This document shows, one piece after another, positions 37,421-47,298 of a DNA stretch of 59,734 nucleotides. The notes below the pieces were generated by a model that worked only from the letters and a program-made list of their open reading frames with translations, was not told the origin of the DNA and ran no database searches. Position 1 is the first letter of the stretch. Each line of letters starts with the position of its first letter. This DNA comes from a virus (Duplodnaviria > Caudoviricetes): positions 1 to 59,734 of IMG/VR virus record IMGVR_UViG_3300037755_000523. One strand, given 5' to 3'. A program made the translations under genes and the position numbers.

Positions 37421-37460
37421 ATATTCATGCTTGACATATTGTATCACGTATGATATATTA
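37421..37460 (+). promoter_or_regulatory. Promoter of the replication operon (switch 2)
   Basis: TTGACA followed by TGATATATT; shares ATATTCATGCTTGACA with 33382. Confidence 0.6.
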
Positions 37461-37541
37461 TTCTCGTAATCTCAAGTGCGCAAAACCGTAAGAATCAGGC
37501 AATCTTGCCTATTCTAAATAAATTTCTAGGAGATTCTACCC

Positions 37542-38414
37542 ATGAAATTCAACGCAAGTGCAGTAAAAGACATCGATCAAGATTTGATCGAGCAGGAAGG
37601 CAGTACATATCCGACAATTTTCCTCCGCAACGGCAATGTTGCCATGAAAAAGGTCGGCGGCGTCGCTTATCTCGGTGGTTGGTTCATCACTGAGGAATCA
37701 GCACCAACAGACATGACCGCGCACGGCTGGGTCAAGGACAGCTTTACCAGCGAGAGCAACGGCGAGGAAATCACAGGCTACTATGCGCCGTCCATTACCG
37801 TCGCCGTACTTGCCGAGCGCAAACGCTGGATGGCAAACGGTCAGTCTTTTACCTGGAATCAATTTGACCAGGCGAAAGAAGCCGGCAGTCCACGCGGGTC
37901 AATGCAGTTCTTGGTTGTCCTCAAAGGCGCGGAAAGTCTCGGTTTGTTTATGATCGGACTCAAGGGCCATGCGGGAATGGCGTTTCGCGGTAGCCGCAAC
38001 TATAGCGCCACCGGCTGTTTGTCCTGCTTCAGCCGCACCGTTATCGCCGCCGCTAACGCCATGACAAAGCCGCAAAAGTGGCCGTACTGGGCGTTTTGGA
38101 TGACCGCCGCTGCTGCTAACGACGGCAAGGGCGCGCCGCTATTTGTCGAGGTTGGCACCACGGCCAAATCCCGTATCGTGCTGCCGGTTCCGGTTGGCTT
38201 GCCAGACAAGGCCGAGAAGGTCAGCCTGGATGACTTCTATATCGGCGATGACCTTCTAGAACAGCACAAAGCATTACGCTCCGAGGTTCAGCCCTGGGTT
38301 GATGCCTGGGACAGCTTTGCCGGCACAAGCGCCAGCAATGGCAACGGCAAACACGATGATGGCGAAAGCGACGAGGAAGTGACCGCCGCCACTGCTGAAT
38401 CACTGGGGTTGTAA
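37542..38414 (+). CDS. Putative ssDNA-binding/annealing protein
   Basis: First gene of the replication operon, acidic C-terminal tail. Confidence 0.45.
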   Translation: MKFNASAVKDIDQDLIEQEGSTYPTIFLRNGNVAMKKVGGVAYLGGWFITEESAPTDMTAHGWVKDSFTSESNGEEITGYYAPSITVAVLAERKRWMANGQSFTWNQFDQAKEAGSPRGSMQFLVVLKGAESLGLFMIGLKGHAGMAFRGSRNYSATGCLSCFSRTVIAAANAMTKPQKWPYWAFWMTAAAANDGKGAPLFVEVGTTAKSRIVLPVPVGLPDKAEKVSLDDFYIGDDLLEQHKALRSEVQPWVDAWDSFAGTSASNGNGKHDDGESDEEVTAATAESLGL

Positions 38415-38479
38415 ATTGAAACCGGCTAGGCTCTGTGTGGCAGAGTCTAGCCGGTCTTGCATTAGATGCGGGGGGAATT

Positions 38480-40843
38480 ATGGACTACCGAGAATTGTTT
38501 GTCAAACTTTTTACATCCGCAGCCAAAGACAAGCCCGAACGCAAAAGCGTGCAGGTTATCGATGGTTGCTGGACGCTTACCATCAGCGGCAACAAAAACG
38601 CATGGGCCGAAATGGTGCAAGCGGCATGTGTGCCTAGCCTTGCGGAGCAGGTCATTGACGACGACACGATTACGGTGCGCTGGCCTTCGGTGGCTGACCA
38701 GATTTTTGGCGCTGACGGCATCCTAGCCAAAGCGTTGCAGGGCTACGAGGTGCGCTCACCACAACTACACATGGCGCGGCTAGTGCAGCGGGGCATTGAG
38801 ATGGGCGAGCCGGTTCTTGTCGAGGCCGGAACGGGAACGGGCAAAAGTTTCGCCTATGCTGCCGTCGCAATGGCGATGGGCAAGCGCTGCGTTATCTCCA
38901 CATCCAACAAGGCATTGCAAGCCCAGCTTTACCAAAAGGACATTCCGTTTTTGTGCAAGTTGTTTCCTGGTAAAAAGGTCGCTTTAGCGTTGGGCAAGGG
39001 CAACTACATGTGCAGGGCCAAATGCCAGGATGAACGGGGTAACGTCATGATTTCTGACTATGCCACCTCTGAGTGGTACAAGACCACCGAAGACGGCAAC
39101 ACCGAGGAATTAGATTTTGTCGCCAAAGATATTCACAACTATACGGTAGACGAAGATTGCACCGGCAAGCGCTGCCCGCTTTATGCAGGCTGCTTTTACT
39201 ATCAAGCCAAAGCCGAGCGCCAAGCCGCAGATGTCATTATCTGCAATCACGCATTGCTCATCCTCAACGAGTTATACCCACAAGCCAACATTTTGCCTAG
39301 CTGCCAGGTAATGGTCGTAGACGAAGCGCACAAACTGGCCGACTACGCCCGCAATGCACTGGGACAAGAATTTACACAGAAGGGCATTGGCCGCGTCGTT
39401 GACATGGCACGGGATATTCTTGGCAGCGAAGCCGCCGACGCTGATCACTATCTACAGCTATTTTGGAGTGAGGTTAGCGTTTATCTGGCCGGGTCAAACG
39501 ACCGGCAGGTTGGTATCAAGCATGACCAAGAATTTGAGCAAGGGCAACGGCTAGCCACGGCTTTGCATGAACTGGCGGATTCAATTTGGCATCCCGAGGA
39601 CACGCCAGAGGATGATGAGGCCATCCGGCGCAACAAAAAGGCGAACAAGGTGCGCAACATGGCCGACAATATCCACATAATGTCCGAGCCAACCGCACCC
39701 AACCATGTACGTTGGATTGAACCGAAAGCAGACAAGCTCGTCAACGTGCCATTCGATGTTTCCGCCTTTGTTGGACGCATGGCAGGCTTCGAGACGGAGC
39801 AGCCCGCACACATTGACCGCACCCATTGCGCCCGCTGCAACCGCGCCCTGACCGCTGACGCGGTTCATGTGCTGGATGGCGTCGCCTACGGCCCTGACTG
39901 CATTCGCTATGTAGACGCCTTTGGTGATGCTGAAATCATGGCGCGCACGGATTGGGAAGGTATCACTGATGAACCAGTCACGCGGCACAAACCAACGTCG
40001 ATTGTGTTCACCTCGGCCACGATGGCAGTGGAAGTTGGAGACGGAAAAACGCCAGCCCTAGCGCACTTTATGAAAGAGTGCGGCATCGACCACGGCTTAC
40101 AAATGGTGGCCGATTCGCCATTTGATTACGCAAGCAACGCCCTACTCTACATCCCCAACGGCGACACGCCAGATCCCAATAGCGCCCAATGGCCCGCTTA
40201 TGTCCTGGGCGATCTGCGCGCCCTAGTCATGGCGGCGAAGGGTGGCGCGTTTCTACTGTTCACTTCGTATAGTAACATGAATGCAGCAGTTGGCGCACTG
40301 CAGTCCAGTTTTGAAAGTGCCGGGCTGTCTGTACTAGTGCAGGGGGGCGGTCTGACCAAAGGTGAGATAGCGCGCCGGTTCCGTGAGGATGGCAACGCCG
40401 TACTATTCGCCACCAAATCGTTCTGGGAGGGCGTCAGCATCGAAGGCGCGGCGCTGCGTCTGGTGGTCATTGACAAAATGCCATTCCAAGCGCCATCGCC
40501 ACTGCTCAAGGCGCGTGAGACAACGGTCAACAACTCGTTTTTTGACCTGCATTTACCGGAGATGGTCATCGACCTGAAGCAGGGCATGGGTCGCTTAATC
40601 CGACGCATGGATGATTACGGGGTGATCGCACTGCTAGATAGCCGCGCCCGGCTAAAATCTTACGGACGCAAAACCGTAGTGCCATCTCTGCCGCCGGCCA
40701 AGCTAACGCAGAGCCGCGATGAAGTATCCAGGTTCTTTTTTGAACGAGCCAACAGTCTGCCCGACCTGCTCAGTAAGCCGCTCGACTTTCCAGTGGCTAC
40801 CGATGATTCCTTTTGGGACGAACTCGACGAACTAGGATTCTAG
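38480..40843 (+). CDS. DinG/YoaA-family SF2 helicase
   Basis: RSPQ, EAGTGTGKS, KGNYMC (Fe-S cysteines), DEAH, TSAT, LFTSY, FWEGV, QGMGRLIR. Confidence 0.9.
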   Translation: MDYRELFVKLFTSAAKDKPERKSVQVIDGCWTLTISGNKNAWAEMVQAACVPSLAEQVIDDDTITVRWPSVADQIFGADGILAKALQGYEVRSPQLHMARLVQRGIEMGEPVLVEAGTGTGKSFAYAAVAMAMGKRCVISTSNKALQAQLYQKDIPFLCKLFPGKKVALALGKGNYMCRAKCQDERGNVMISDYATSEWYKTTEDGNTEELDFVAKDIHNYTVDEDCTGKRCPLYAGCFYYQAKAERQAADVIICNHALLILNELYPQANILPSCQVMVVDEAHKLADYARNALGQEFTQKGIGRVVDMARDILGSEAADADHYLQLFWSEVSVYLAGSNDRQVGIKHDQEFEQGQRLATALHELADSIWHPEDTPEDDEAIRRNKKANKVRNMADNIHIMSEPTAPNHVRWIEPKADKLVNVPFDVSAFVGRMAGFETEQPAHIDRTHCARCNRALTADAVHVLDGVAYGPDCIRYVDAFGDAEIMARTDWEGITDEPVTRHKPTSIVFTSATMAVEVGDGKTPALAHFMKECGIDHGLQMVADSPFDYASNALLYIPNGDTPDPNSAQWPAYVLGDLRALVMAAKGGAFLLFTSYSNMNAAVGALQSSFESAGLSVLVQGGGLTKGEIARRFREDGNAVLFATKSFWEGVSIEGAALRLVVIDKMPFQAPSPLLKARETTVNNSFFDLHLPEMVIDLKQGMGRLIRRMDDYGVIALLDSRARLKSYGRKTVVPSLPPAKLTQSRDEVSRFFFERANSLPDLLSKPLDFPVATDDSFWDELDELGF

Positions 40844-40845
40844 CC

Positions 40846-43761
40846 ATGCTGGATGATGCTCTGCGCTACATTGCACTCGGTTGGTTCATATTTCCGTGTC
40901 ATACCGCCACACCCGACGGCGGCTGTAGTTGCGAGAAGGGACGGCGGCGAAAAGACCCGGACTATCATTGTGATAGTCCGGGCAAACACCCGCGCATAAC
41001 CGGGGGGCTGAACGCGGCCAGCACCGACCCGGAGCAAATCCGTGAATGGTGGGAACTATGGCCGGACGCCAACATCGGGCTAAATTGCGGCAAGTCCGGT
41101 CTATTGGTCGTCGACCGGGACAACTACAAGGATTTTTACAAAGGCGACGATTTAGATCTGGACGAAAACACCGTCACCGCTATCAGCGGCGGCGGCGGTG
41201 GACATCTGTTCTACGCACAAGAGCCGAGCGACACGTTTGGCAATTCAAATAAAAACTTGCCTGCCGGTATTGACATCCGCGGCCACGGCGGCTATGTGGT
41301 GCTCGCGCCGAGCCTGCACAAAAGCGGCAATCGCTACCAGTGGGAGCTTGACTATAGCCCGTGGGACATCGACCCTGCCCCGCTGCCGCCCAAACTGCGC
41401 GCCTTGCTGGAAGCGAACAAAGCGCCAGCTCCGCCATTGCATAGCTTCGATACAACCATCAAATACAACGGCAACGGGGCAAGCCAGTACGGGTTGCGGG
41501 CGCTTGAGAATGAGTGTGTTCGTATCGCTACAGCGGTAGATGGTACGCGCAACGAGACGCTAAACACGTCGGCGTTTAGCATCGGACAATTAGTAGCGGG
41601 CGGCGAAATTCACCACGATCTGGCCTGGTCGCGCATGATCGACGCCGCGATGGATGCTGGATTATCGCAGGCGGAAGCCGAACGCACCGCCGGCAGTGGA
41701 CTAGACGCAGGCATGGAAAGCCCGCGCTCATCCAAACCTAGCGACGAGCCAGACATCAATGAAACAATGGCGCTGATGGATTGTCCTGATCCGGCGCTGT
41801 TACGAATGAACACCGAGGAATACATTGAGCAGCTAGTACAAAATACCATTGACAGTAAATCGCATGGTAAGGCGGACTTTGATGTAATGCGAACACTGTT
41901 CGCTGCCATTGCCACGATTGAAGATAAGTATCTGCGCATTCACTTACGCGAGACGGTTCCGGCAAAAATCGGCATCACCAAAACGGTCTACAATGAATTT
42001 TTGCTGGACGCTCAACAGGTCTTGATTGACCAGGCAACAGCACCGCCGGAAGACAAGCCCGACACATGGCCTTACCTAATCCATGACGACATTATTCAGG
42101 TCATGGTCAAAAACAAGGATAACTACGACCGTGTGCCGGTTGCCATGTTTCAGGCGCGGATTACCGCCCAGCACATCGGGGAGGATGGCGGCATTTGGTA
42201 CACCGTCACCGGTAAAGCCCTGCGTGGCAGCGCCTTTAGCTTCGTCATTGACGCTGACTCATTCAGTAATAACCAGAAATTAAAGGCAGCGGTTGAGATG
42301 GCCGCAGGGCCACATGATCCGGTCATGGCGCGCATGGAAATGCACCTGGGGGCAGCAATCAAAATGCTATCGCCGGAGCCTGTCAAAACCATTCATCGCT
42401 ATGACCGCACCGGCTGGGCTGGCAAAGTTTTCTTGATTCCGGGGATGGAGCCAGAAGAAACCGAGATCAACCTGAGTCGCAAAATGCCCTACCGGATTGA
42501 CAACAAGGCCGACTTAGCACTTGGTATCGAATGTCTTGACAGCCTGATTAAATCGATGGATGCCGGTATCGGTCCGATTGTGGCCTCATTTATGTTACAG
42601 CCGCCAATGGCGCTCCATGCAGGATGGCGAGATGAGCGCTATGGACTTTTCATCAGGGGCCGCACCGGGTCACAAAAAAGCTCAACCATTCAGGTCGCAC
42701 TGTGTCTATATGGCCCGGACTTCATTCGTGACGACATGCTCATTAAGTGGGGCGAAGGCGCGACCCGTAACGCCATCATGGGCTATGCAACGACCAATCA
42801 CGATCTGCCATTCCTGATTGATAACTTCAAGCCTAACACTGGCGGTGGCACGGCGGATTTTGTCAACCTAATGCACAACATTGTTGAGGGTGGCGAAAAA
42901 GAACGCATGAATCGAGCCGCCCAACTGCGTGAAACCAAGCCGGTCTATACCTGGCCTATTTTTACTGGCGAGGATACGCCCGACACCGATGCGGCCAGCC
43001 TGGCCCGGCTGCTCGCGGTTACATTCGAGAAAAAGGATACTACATACTATCTAAGCGAAGCGCAACGCCTAGCGCCGCACCTATGCGCCGTAGGAAAAGC
43101 ATGGATCACCTGGCTACAGACTGACGATAGCAAGGCAATCATCAAGGCCGAAGTCACCAAGATGCAGGAGCTTCGAGATGGATGGGTGGCAAAGTTGCTA
43201 TATATACAGCCGAGCATGGCCAACCCGCACCGCGTGGCAACCAACTTGGCAACCAACCAAATTGCATGGACGGTGCTAGAGCAGCACCCGATACTTGGCA
43301 AACTAGCAGCAAAGTATAAGGCCGCGCACCTACAAGGCTTGGCACAGTTAGCAAAAGCTATGTCTGGCTACACAACAGAATCCGGCGAAGGGCAGCGTCT
43401 AATCGAGCTATTGCGCGGTTTGTTGGCAAGTGGCCGAATAATCCTCTTGCATGACAAGAAGTCACCCGCCGAAATGGTTGACCCTGTTGATCGTGATCGT
43501 GTGGTGGGCTGGGAGGTTGACGGCGCGGTCTACATCCTACCTGAAATGCTATTGGCGTCCGTCAAGCGTTTCACGGGTGAAACACTCAACAACATATCAA
43601 GACAAGCCCTGTACGAGCAATTGGACGCCCTGGGCTTCATTGCGGGCAAAGGTGGCAGTGGTGTAACCAAGCCCATGCGGCTGGGCGGAAAAGTGCAAAA
43701 AGTTTTGCACTTAAAACCGACCGTGGTAAACATTGACGATGAAAACGAAACCGGACTATAA
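40846..43761 (+). CDS. Bifunctional primase-polymerase fused to a DUF927-like helicase
   Basis: PGKHP, NIGL, VVDRD, GGGHLFY, IDIRGHGGYVV, RNETLN; GRTGSQKS; IDNFK. Confidence 0.85.
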   Translation: MLDDALRYIALGWFIFPCHTATPDGGCSCEKGRRRKDPDYHCDSPGKHPRITGGLNAASTDPEQIREWWELWPDANIGLNCGKSGLLVVDRDNYKDFYKGDDLDLDENTVTAISGGGGGHLFYAQEPSDTFGNSNKNLPAGIDIRGHGGYVVLAPSLHKSGNRYQWELDYSPWDIDPAPLPPKLRALLEANKAPAPPLHSFDTTIKYNGNGASQYGLRALENECVRIATAVDGTRNETLNTSAFSIGQLVAGGEIHHDLAWSRMIDAAMDAGLSQAEAERTAGSGLDAGMESPRSSKPSDEPDINETMALMDCPDPALLRMNTEEYIEQLVQNTIDSKSHGKADFDVMRTLFAAIATIEDKYLRIHLRETVPAKIGITKTVYNEFLLDAQQVLIDQATAPPEDKPDTWPYLIHDDIIQVMVKNKDNYDRVPVAMFQARITAQHIGEDGGIWYTVTGKALRGSAFSFVIDADSFSNNQKLKAAVEMAAGPHDPVMARMEMHLGAAIKMLSPEPVKTIHRYDRTGWAGKVFLIPGMEPEETEINLSRKMPYRIDNKADLALGIECLDSLIKSMDAGIGPIVASFMLQPPMALHAGWRDERYGLFIRGRTGSQKSSTIQVALCLYGPDFIRDDMLIKWGEGATRNAIMGYATTNHDLPFLIDNFKPNTGGGTADFVNLMHNIVEGGEKERMNRAAQLRETKPVYTWPIFTGEDTPDTDAASLARLLAVTFEKKDTTYYLSEAQRLAPHLCAVGKAWITWLQTDDSKAIIKAEVTKMQELRDGWVAKLLYIQPSMANPHRVATNLATNQIAWTVLEQHPILGKLAAKYKAAHLQGLAQLAKAMSGYTTESGEGQRLIELLRGLLASGRIILLHDKKSPAEMVDPVDRDRVVGWEVDGAVYILPEMLLASVKRFTGETLNNISRQALYEQLDALGFIAGKGGSGVTKPMRLGGKVQKVLHLKPTVVNIDDENETGL

Positions 43762-43764
43762 CCA

Positions 43765-44126
43765 AACCCGTTACACTTGCCGGTTACAACCCAAATTCAA
43801 GAATTTATTGGATTGGTTACGAAATCAGGCCATCAGTTACAACGGTTACAAAAAGTTCAATAAATACACGAGATGATAACCATTGTAACTGATGTAACCA
43901 GTAACTGAGTAAGTCACTATGTATATGTATATACATAAGAAAAAGGCTAATGTCTGCGCATAGTAACAATGTACATAGGATGGAAAGCACCAATAAGGCC
44001 CCAATAAGGCTCTAAAATGCCTATACGTTTTTATATACGCTGTATATAGCTGGTATGTGGGGAAAAAACCGGTTACTTGGTTACATCGGTAACAAATGAG
44101 GAAATCGGGCTGCAATTTTTGTTACA
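43765..44126. promoter_or_regulatory. Putative replication origin
   Basis: AT-rich gap with more than 10 GTTAC/GTAAC motifs in both orientations. Confidence 0.5.
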
Positions 44127-44140
44127 GGGGGATCGAAGAA

Positions 44141-44764
44141 ATGGATAAGACATTGAAGGTGATTGCGAGAGAGAACCAGTGGTTGAGTTATTTTGGTTGG
44201 GGCGGGGACGATTCATTACGTAATCAATTGATTGAAGAATCCGAAAAATTTGACGCCGCTGTGCGGTGGGTAGGTCAACACATGCGGAAGGCGAGCGCAA
44301 TCAATGATCGCTGCTCGTCTTATGGGCTAAAGCACACGTGCGAAAAAATGGTGGGGCAGTACATCAGCAATGGCACCATGATTGCGGCTTTTTTGGCGCA
44401 TGGCTATGAATTTGAACGAGTTAGCCCGACTAGCTGGAGCGTTCGGTTCAATGTTAGTCAGTATGCTGTGGGCGAAGCAGAAGATATTAAAAACGGGAAT
44501 ACTAATCGAGGTTTTGTCTACTTCGTGCAGTCGGAAAATGATGTGTTCAAAATAGGCATTACGAATCGAGACCCTGAGGCAAGAATCGCAGCGTTGCAAG
44601 TTGGTTCCCCGGTTCAGTTGACTTTATACAAGTGCGTGAGAACTTCAACGCCTAAAACACTAGAGAAGGATTTGCACAAGCATTTTGCAGCGCACCGCGT
44701 AAACGGTGAATGGTTCAAGATTACGCCAGAGATGATTGAGGACGCACTATGGGTTTGCTACTAG
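44141..44764 (+). CDS. GIY-YIG (T5orf172-like) nuclease domain fusion
   Basis: GFVYFVQ...KIGIT...RIAALQ...EKDLH...GEWF; N-terminal SSYGLKH...YISNG domain. Confidence 0.75.
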   Translation: MDKTLKVIARENQWLSYFGWGGDDSLRNQLIEESEKFDAAVRWVGQHMRKASAINDRCSSYGLKHTCEKMVGQYISNGTMIAAFLAHGYEFERVSPTSWSVRFNVSQYAVGEAEDIKNGNTNRGFVYFVQSENDVFKIGITNRDPEARIAALQVGSPVQLTLYKCVRTSTPKTLEKDLHKHFAAHRVNGEWFKITPEMIEDALWVCY

Positions 44765-45243
44765 GCATCTACACCAAAGACGACACGACCGCCGCAAGTG
44801 GCACGATGCGCCAGCCGCATGGCGAAATCATCAAAGAAGTGCTGGGCGTGGTCGGTAGTGACGTGTTTGCGGTGACGGCGCAGGCGATGAAAGAAGCAAA
44901 GTTTTTTCGCACCTACGAGGTCGAAATCTTTACCAATGACGCGCGGCTGTTGGCTTTTCTCAAGCCTCCGATCCGGGTGCAGCCGACGGCAACCAAACGG
45001 GTATGGCACCCGGCCATCAGACAAATGGTGGATGTGCCAACCGGCGGCGACCCGAATCAATGGTCGATTCTTTACGGACTGTTTATGTTTCGTTACTGGC
45101 GCATCAAGTACGTCGCCAGCTTACCAGGGACGGAGGCACTAATCGATGAATGCCAAAAAAGTGACGGTTACAAAGCCGCAACTGGACTCGGCCTTTCAGG
45201 CTGCTGTGTCCGGCTACACGAAGGCATATGGGCAGCGGCATGA
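44749..45243 (+). CDS. Degenerate RNase H-like protein
   Basis: GIYTKD...AMKEAK...EVEIFTND resembles the RNase H fold without catalytic residues. Confidence 0.35.
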   Translation: MGLLLGIYTKDDTTAASGTMRQPHGEIIKEVLGVVGSDVFAVTAQAMKEAKFFRTYEVEIFTNDARLLAFLKPPIRVQPTATKRVWHPAIRQMVDVPTGGDPNQWSILYGLFMFRYWRIKYVASLPGTEALIDECQKSDGYKAATGLGLSGCCVRLHEGIWAAA

Positions 45244-45520
45244 GACCCCAGCCGGATCGTATTGTTGGATAGGACGCATTGACCGGGCTTATGATATTTT
45301 GGCGCAACAGGCTGATGAGATGACCATGAAGCGCATGACAAAGGCCATTAACCAGATGATATTTGAATACCAGGGCGACATGGCGGCAGCGGAGAAAGCC
45401 AATGCTGATTACGTTGACCTGTGCAATGCAATCGGTATCGCACCGGAGATAATCGACCCGGCTTGTCAGTGTGCAAGCTGCACCCGGCAACCGACTATCA
45501 ATGGAGGATTTAGTCTATGA
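45146..45520 (+). CDS. Hypothetical protein
   Basis: GGAGG RBS. Confidence 0.5.
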   Translation: MNAKKVTVTKPQLDSAFQAAVSGYTKAYGQRHETPAGSYCWIGRIDRAYDILAQQADEMTMKRMTKAINQMIFEYQGDMAAAEKANADYVDLCNAIGIAPEIIDPACQCASCTRQPTINGGFSL

Positions 45521-45750
45521 CCCGCACAAAATCCGCCAAAGCCAAAACGCCAAGCGGCCGTGGCCACGGCTTTACCGATGACGCGCAAAAGTACGAGCGC
45601 CTCGCTCCCACCGACGCCGAGCGCCTGGCCAACGTGCGCAGTGCGGCGCAGGTGGCCGGGTCCATGATACGCATTTGGGGAACCGGCACGGAAGCGCAAC
45701 AGGCCGCGATGGCGGCGTTGGAATTGGTAGAGAGGGAGGCGATGGGATGA
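45517..45750 (+). CDS. Hypothetical protein
   Basis: GGAGG RBS, ATGA overlaps. Confidence 0.6.
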   Translation: MTRTKSAKAKTPSGRGHGFTDDAQKYERLAPTDAERLANVRSAAQVAGSMIRIWGTGTEAQQAAMAALELVEREAMG

Positions 45751-46004
45751 AACCAACACATTTGCTGTACGGTACGGTTCATAATCCACAAGTCGCGGGG
45801 CTGTTGAGCGTCGCACAGTTCGTGACGCAAAAACGGCCACCGGCCACGTACCCGCCATCAGGGCCATGCTATTTGTGCGGCTACGCAGTCGGTGATGCGG
45901 CGCTGCCCACGTCGGCGCGCCTGAATGATGATACCTGGACGGGCCACGGCACGGCGGTGGCTGTGCGCAGTGAGTGGCTGTGCGCGGCGTGCGCATTTGT
46001 TTGA
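45747..46004 (+). CDS. Zinc-finger protein resembling a truncated type IV Csf1 N-terminus
   Basis: PTHLLY...CYLCG...DTWTGH...SEWLCAACAF*. Confidence 0.45.
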   Translation: MKPTHLLYGTVHNPQVAGLLSVAQFVTQKRPPATYPPSGPCYLCGYAVGDAALPTSARLNDDTWTGHGTAVAVRSEWLCAACAFV

Positions 46005-46011
46005 GGTGATC

Positions 46012-46251
46012 ATGAACGGGTTTGTTAGCGAGTACGAATTATCAATGTTCCCAGACGAAAGTCGCCTGTTGCAACCCTGGGAGATGGACGGCTGGGGGGA
46101 GCAAGAATTGGCAATGGTGGCTGAATTTTTGCGGCAGCGTGACTACATCGTGGTTGACCCGGTGGTGGCGGAGGCGTACCACTATGCAGCGCAGCTGTGC
46201 CCGGTGTGCGGCGTTGGAGTTGGTGGAAGCGGAGGCGAGGAGAAAAAATGA
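46012..46251 (+). CDS. Hypothetical protein
   Basis: GAGGTG RBS. Confidence 0.55.
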   Translation: MNGFVSEYELSMFPDESRLLQPWEMDGWGEQELAMVAEFLRQRDYIVVDPVVAEAYHYAAQLCPVCGVGVGGSGGEEKK

Positions 46252-46619
46252 GCGACGAATTACGCGAGAAGCTAGCCGAGTATGCCCACGGAGCATGGTC
46301 GGGTTGGCTTAAATACATGTTTAGCAAGGGTACCTTCAATGGCACTTGGACTATGCCGGACTGGGCGGTGACAAGGTGGAGTCGGCAGATGTCGACGACA
46401 TACGCCGACTTGCCAGAGAATGAGAAAGAGAGCGACCTCGCCGAAGCCGACAAGATACTGGCGATAGCTATGCCGATTTTCGAGGACAAAATCCTAGATA
46501 TCATTTCGGAGTTTGGCGACGACCCGGTTCAATGTTTGCAAATCATCTGTGAAGACATCCAGTTGCGCCAGCATTATCGAGCGTATCCGAACGCGCCGAG
46601 AGTTGAGGAGCCGTTATGA
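46248..46619 (+). CDS. RyR-repeat-like small protein
   Basis: LAEYAHGAW...YADLPENEKESD. Confidence 0.5.
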   Translation: MSDELREKLAEYAHGAWSGWLKYMFSKGTFNGTWTMPDWAVTRWSRQMSTTYADLPENEKESDLAEADKILAIAMPIFEDKILDIISEFGDDPVQCLQIICEDIQLRQHYRAYPNAPRVEEPL

Positions 46620-46831
46620 AACAACCACAGGTCGGTACACTCGTCATCGTCACCATCGGCGGCATCAAGCACGATGGCGAGGTCATCGAGTCGCGCCCGA
46701 ACGCCATCACGTGCCGCGTGAAGACGCCGATTGGCCTGCACGTGTGGACGTTCGACAAACACGGACGCCACGCCGCCGGCCACAAGATGCGCGTCGCCAA
46801 AAAAGTGCGCGCGGTGAAAGTATGGAAATGA
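46616..46831 (+). CDS. Hypothetical SH3-like protein
   Basis: GAGGAG RBS; short beta strands. Confidence 0.5.
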   Translation: MKQPQVGTLVIVTIGGIKHDGEVIESRPNAITCRVKTPIGLHVWTFDKHGRHAAGHKMRVAKKVRAVKVWK

Positions 46832-47024
46832 CAAAGGAGAATCTTATGAAATGGTTGATTTTTGTGCTTCTGGTCGCGCTCGTGGCGATATGGGTGTGGG
46901 AATATCCGCGCAGTGACATTTGGATCGAAGAATAATGCTTTGGTGTGAACGGACTTGACGGTTGACAGTTTTCTGACGAAGTGTTGCTTTTTGCGTAAAC
47001 CTGTAGTAGACTAGGTGGTGTAGG

Positions 47025-47216
47025 ATGAATGGCACGAAGCCCGTAAACGCATCTCGTGAGGATGCAGCCAGATACAAACTAGACCGGCTGATGCAGGAGC
47101 TAACAACGAGGCTATGGCCGTTCATGCTGCAAGGTGTTCGTTTTTCCGTCGAGATTGATGATAGTGGCAGCGTAGACAAGCAGCCAAAAATCAAGGTCAT
47201 CGAGCATATAAACTAG
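47025..47216 (+). CDS. Small protein heading the late operon
   Basis: 63 aa; preceded by TTGCTT-17-TAGACT (46984-47012). Confidence 0.55.
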   Translation: MNGTKPVNASREDAARYKLDRLMQELTTRLWPFMLQGVRFSVEIDDSGSVDKQPKIKVIEHIN

Positions 47217-47250
47217 AGTAGTCAACCGTATAGCGCACCTGGTGAAGCTG

Positions 47251-47298
47251 GCGCGAAATTATCCTTGTCAGAAGGATAATTTCGCGCTTTTTTGTTTT
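47251..47298 (+). terminator. Strong intrinsic terminator
   Basis: 16-bp stem GCGCGAAATTATCCTT/AAGGATAATTTCGCGC followed by a T-run. Confidence 0.8.

Noticed and set aside
38480-46004. Functional type IV-A CRISPR system (DinG plus Csf1)
   Set aside because: The genes are about 5 kb apart, csf2/csf3/cas6 and an array are absent, and DinG sits in the replication operon
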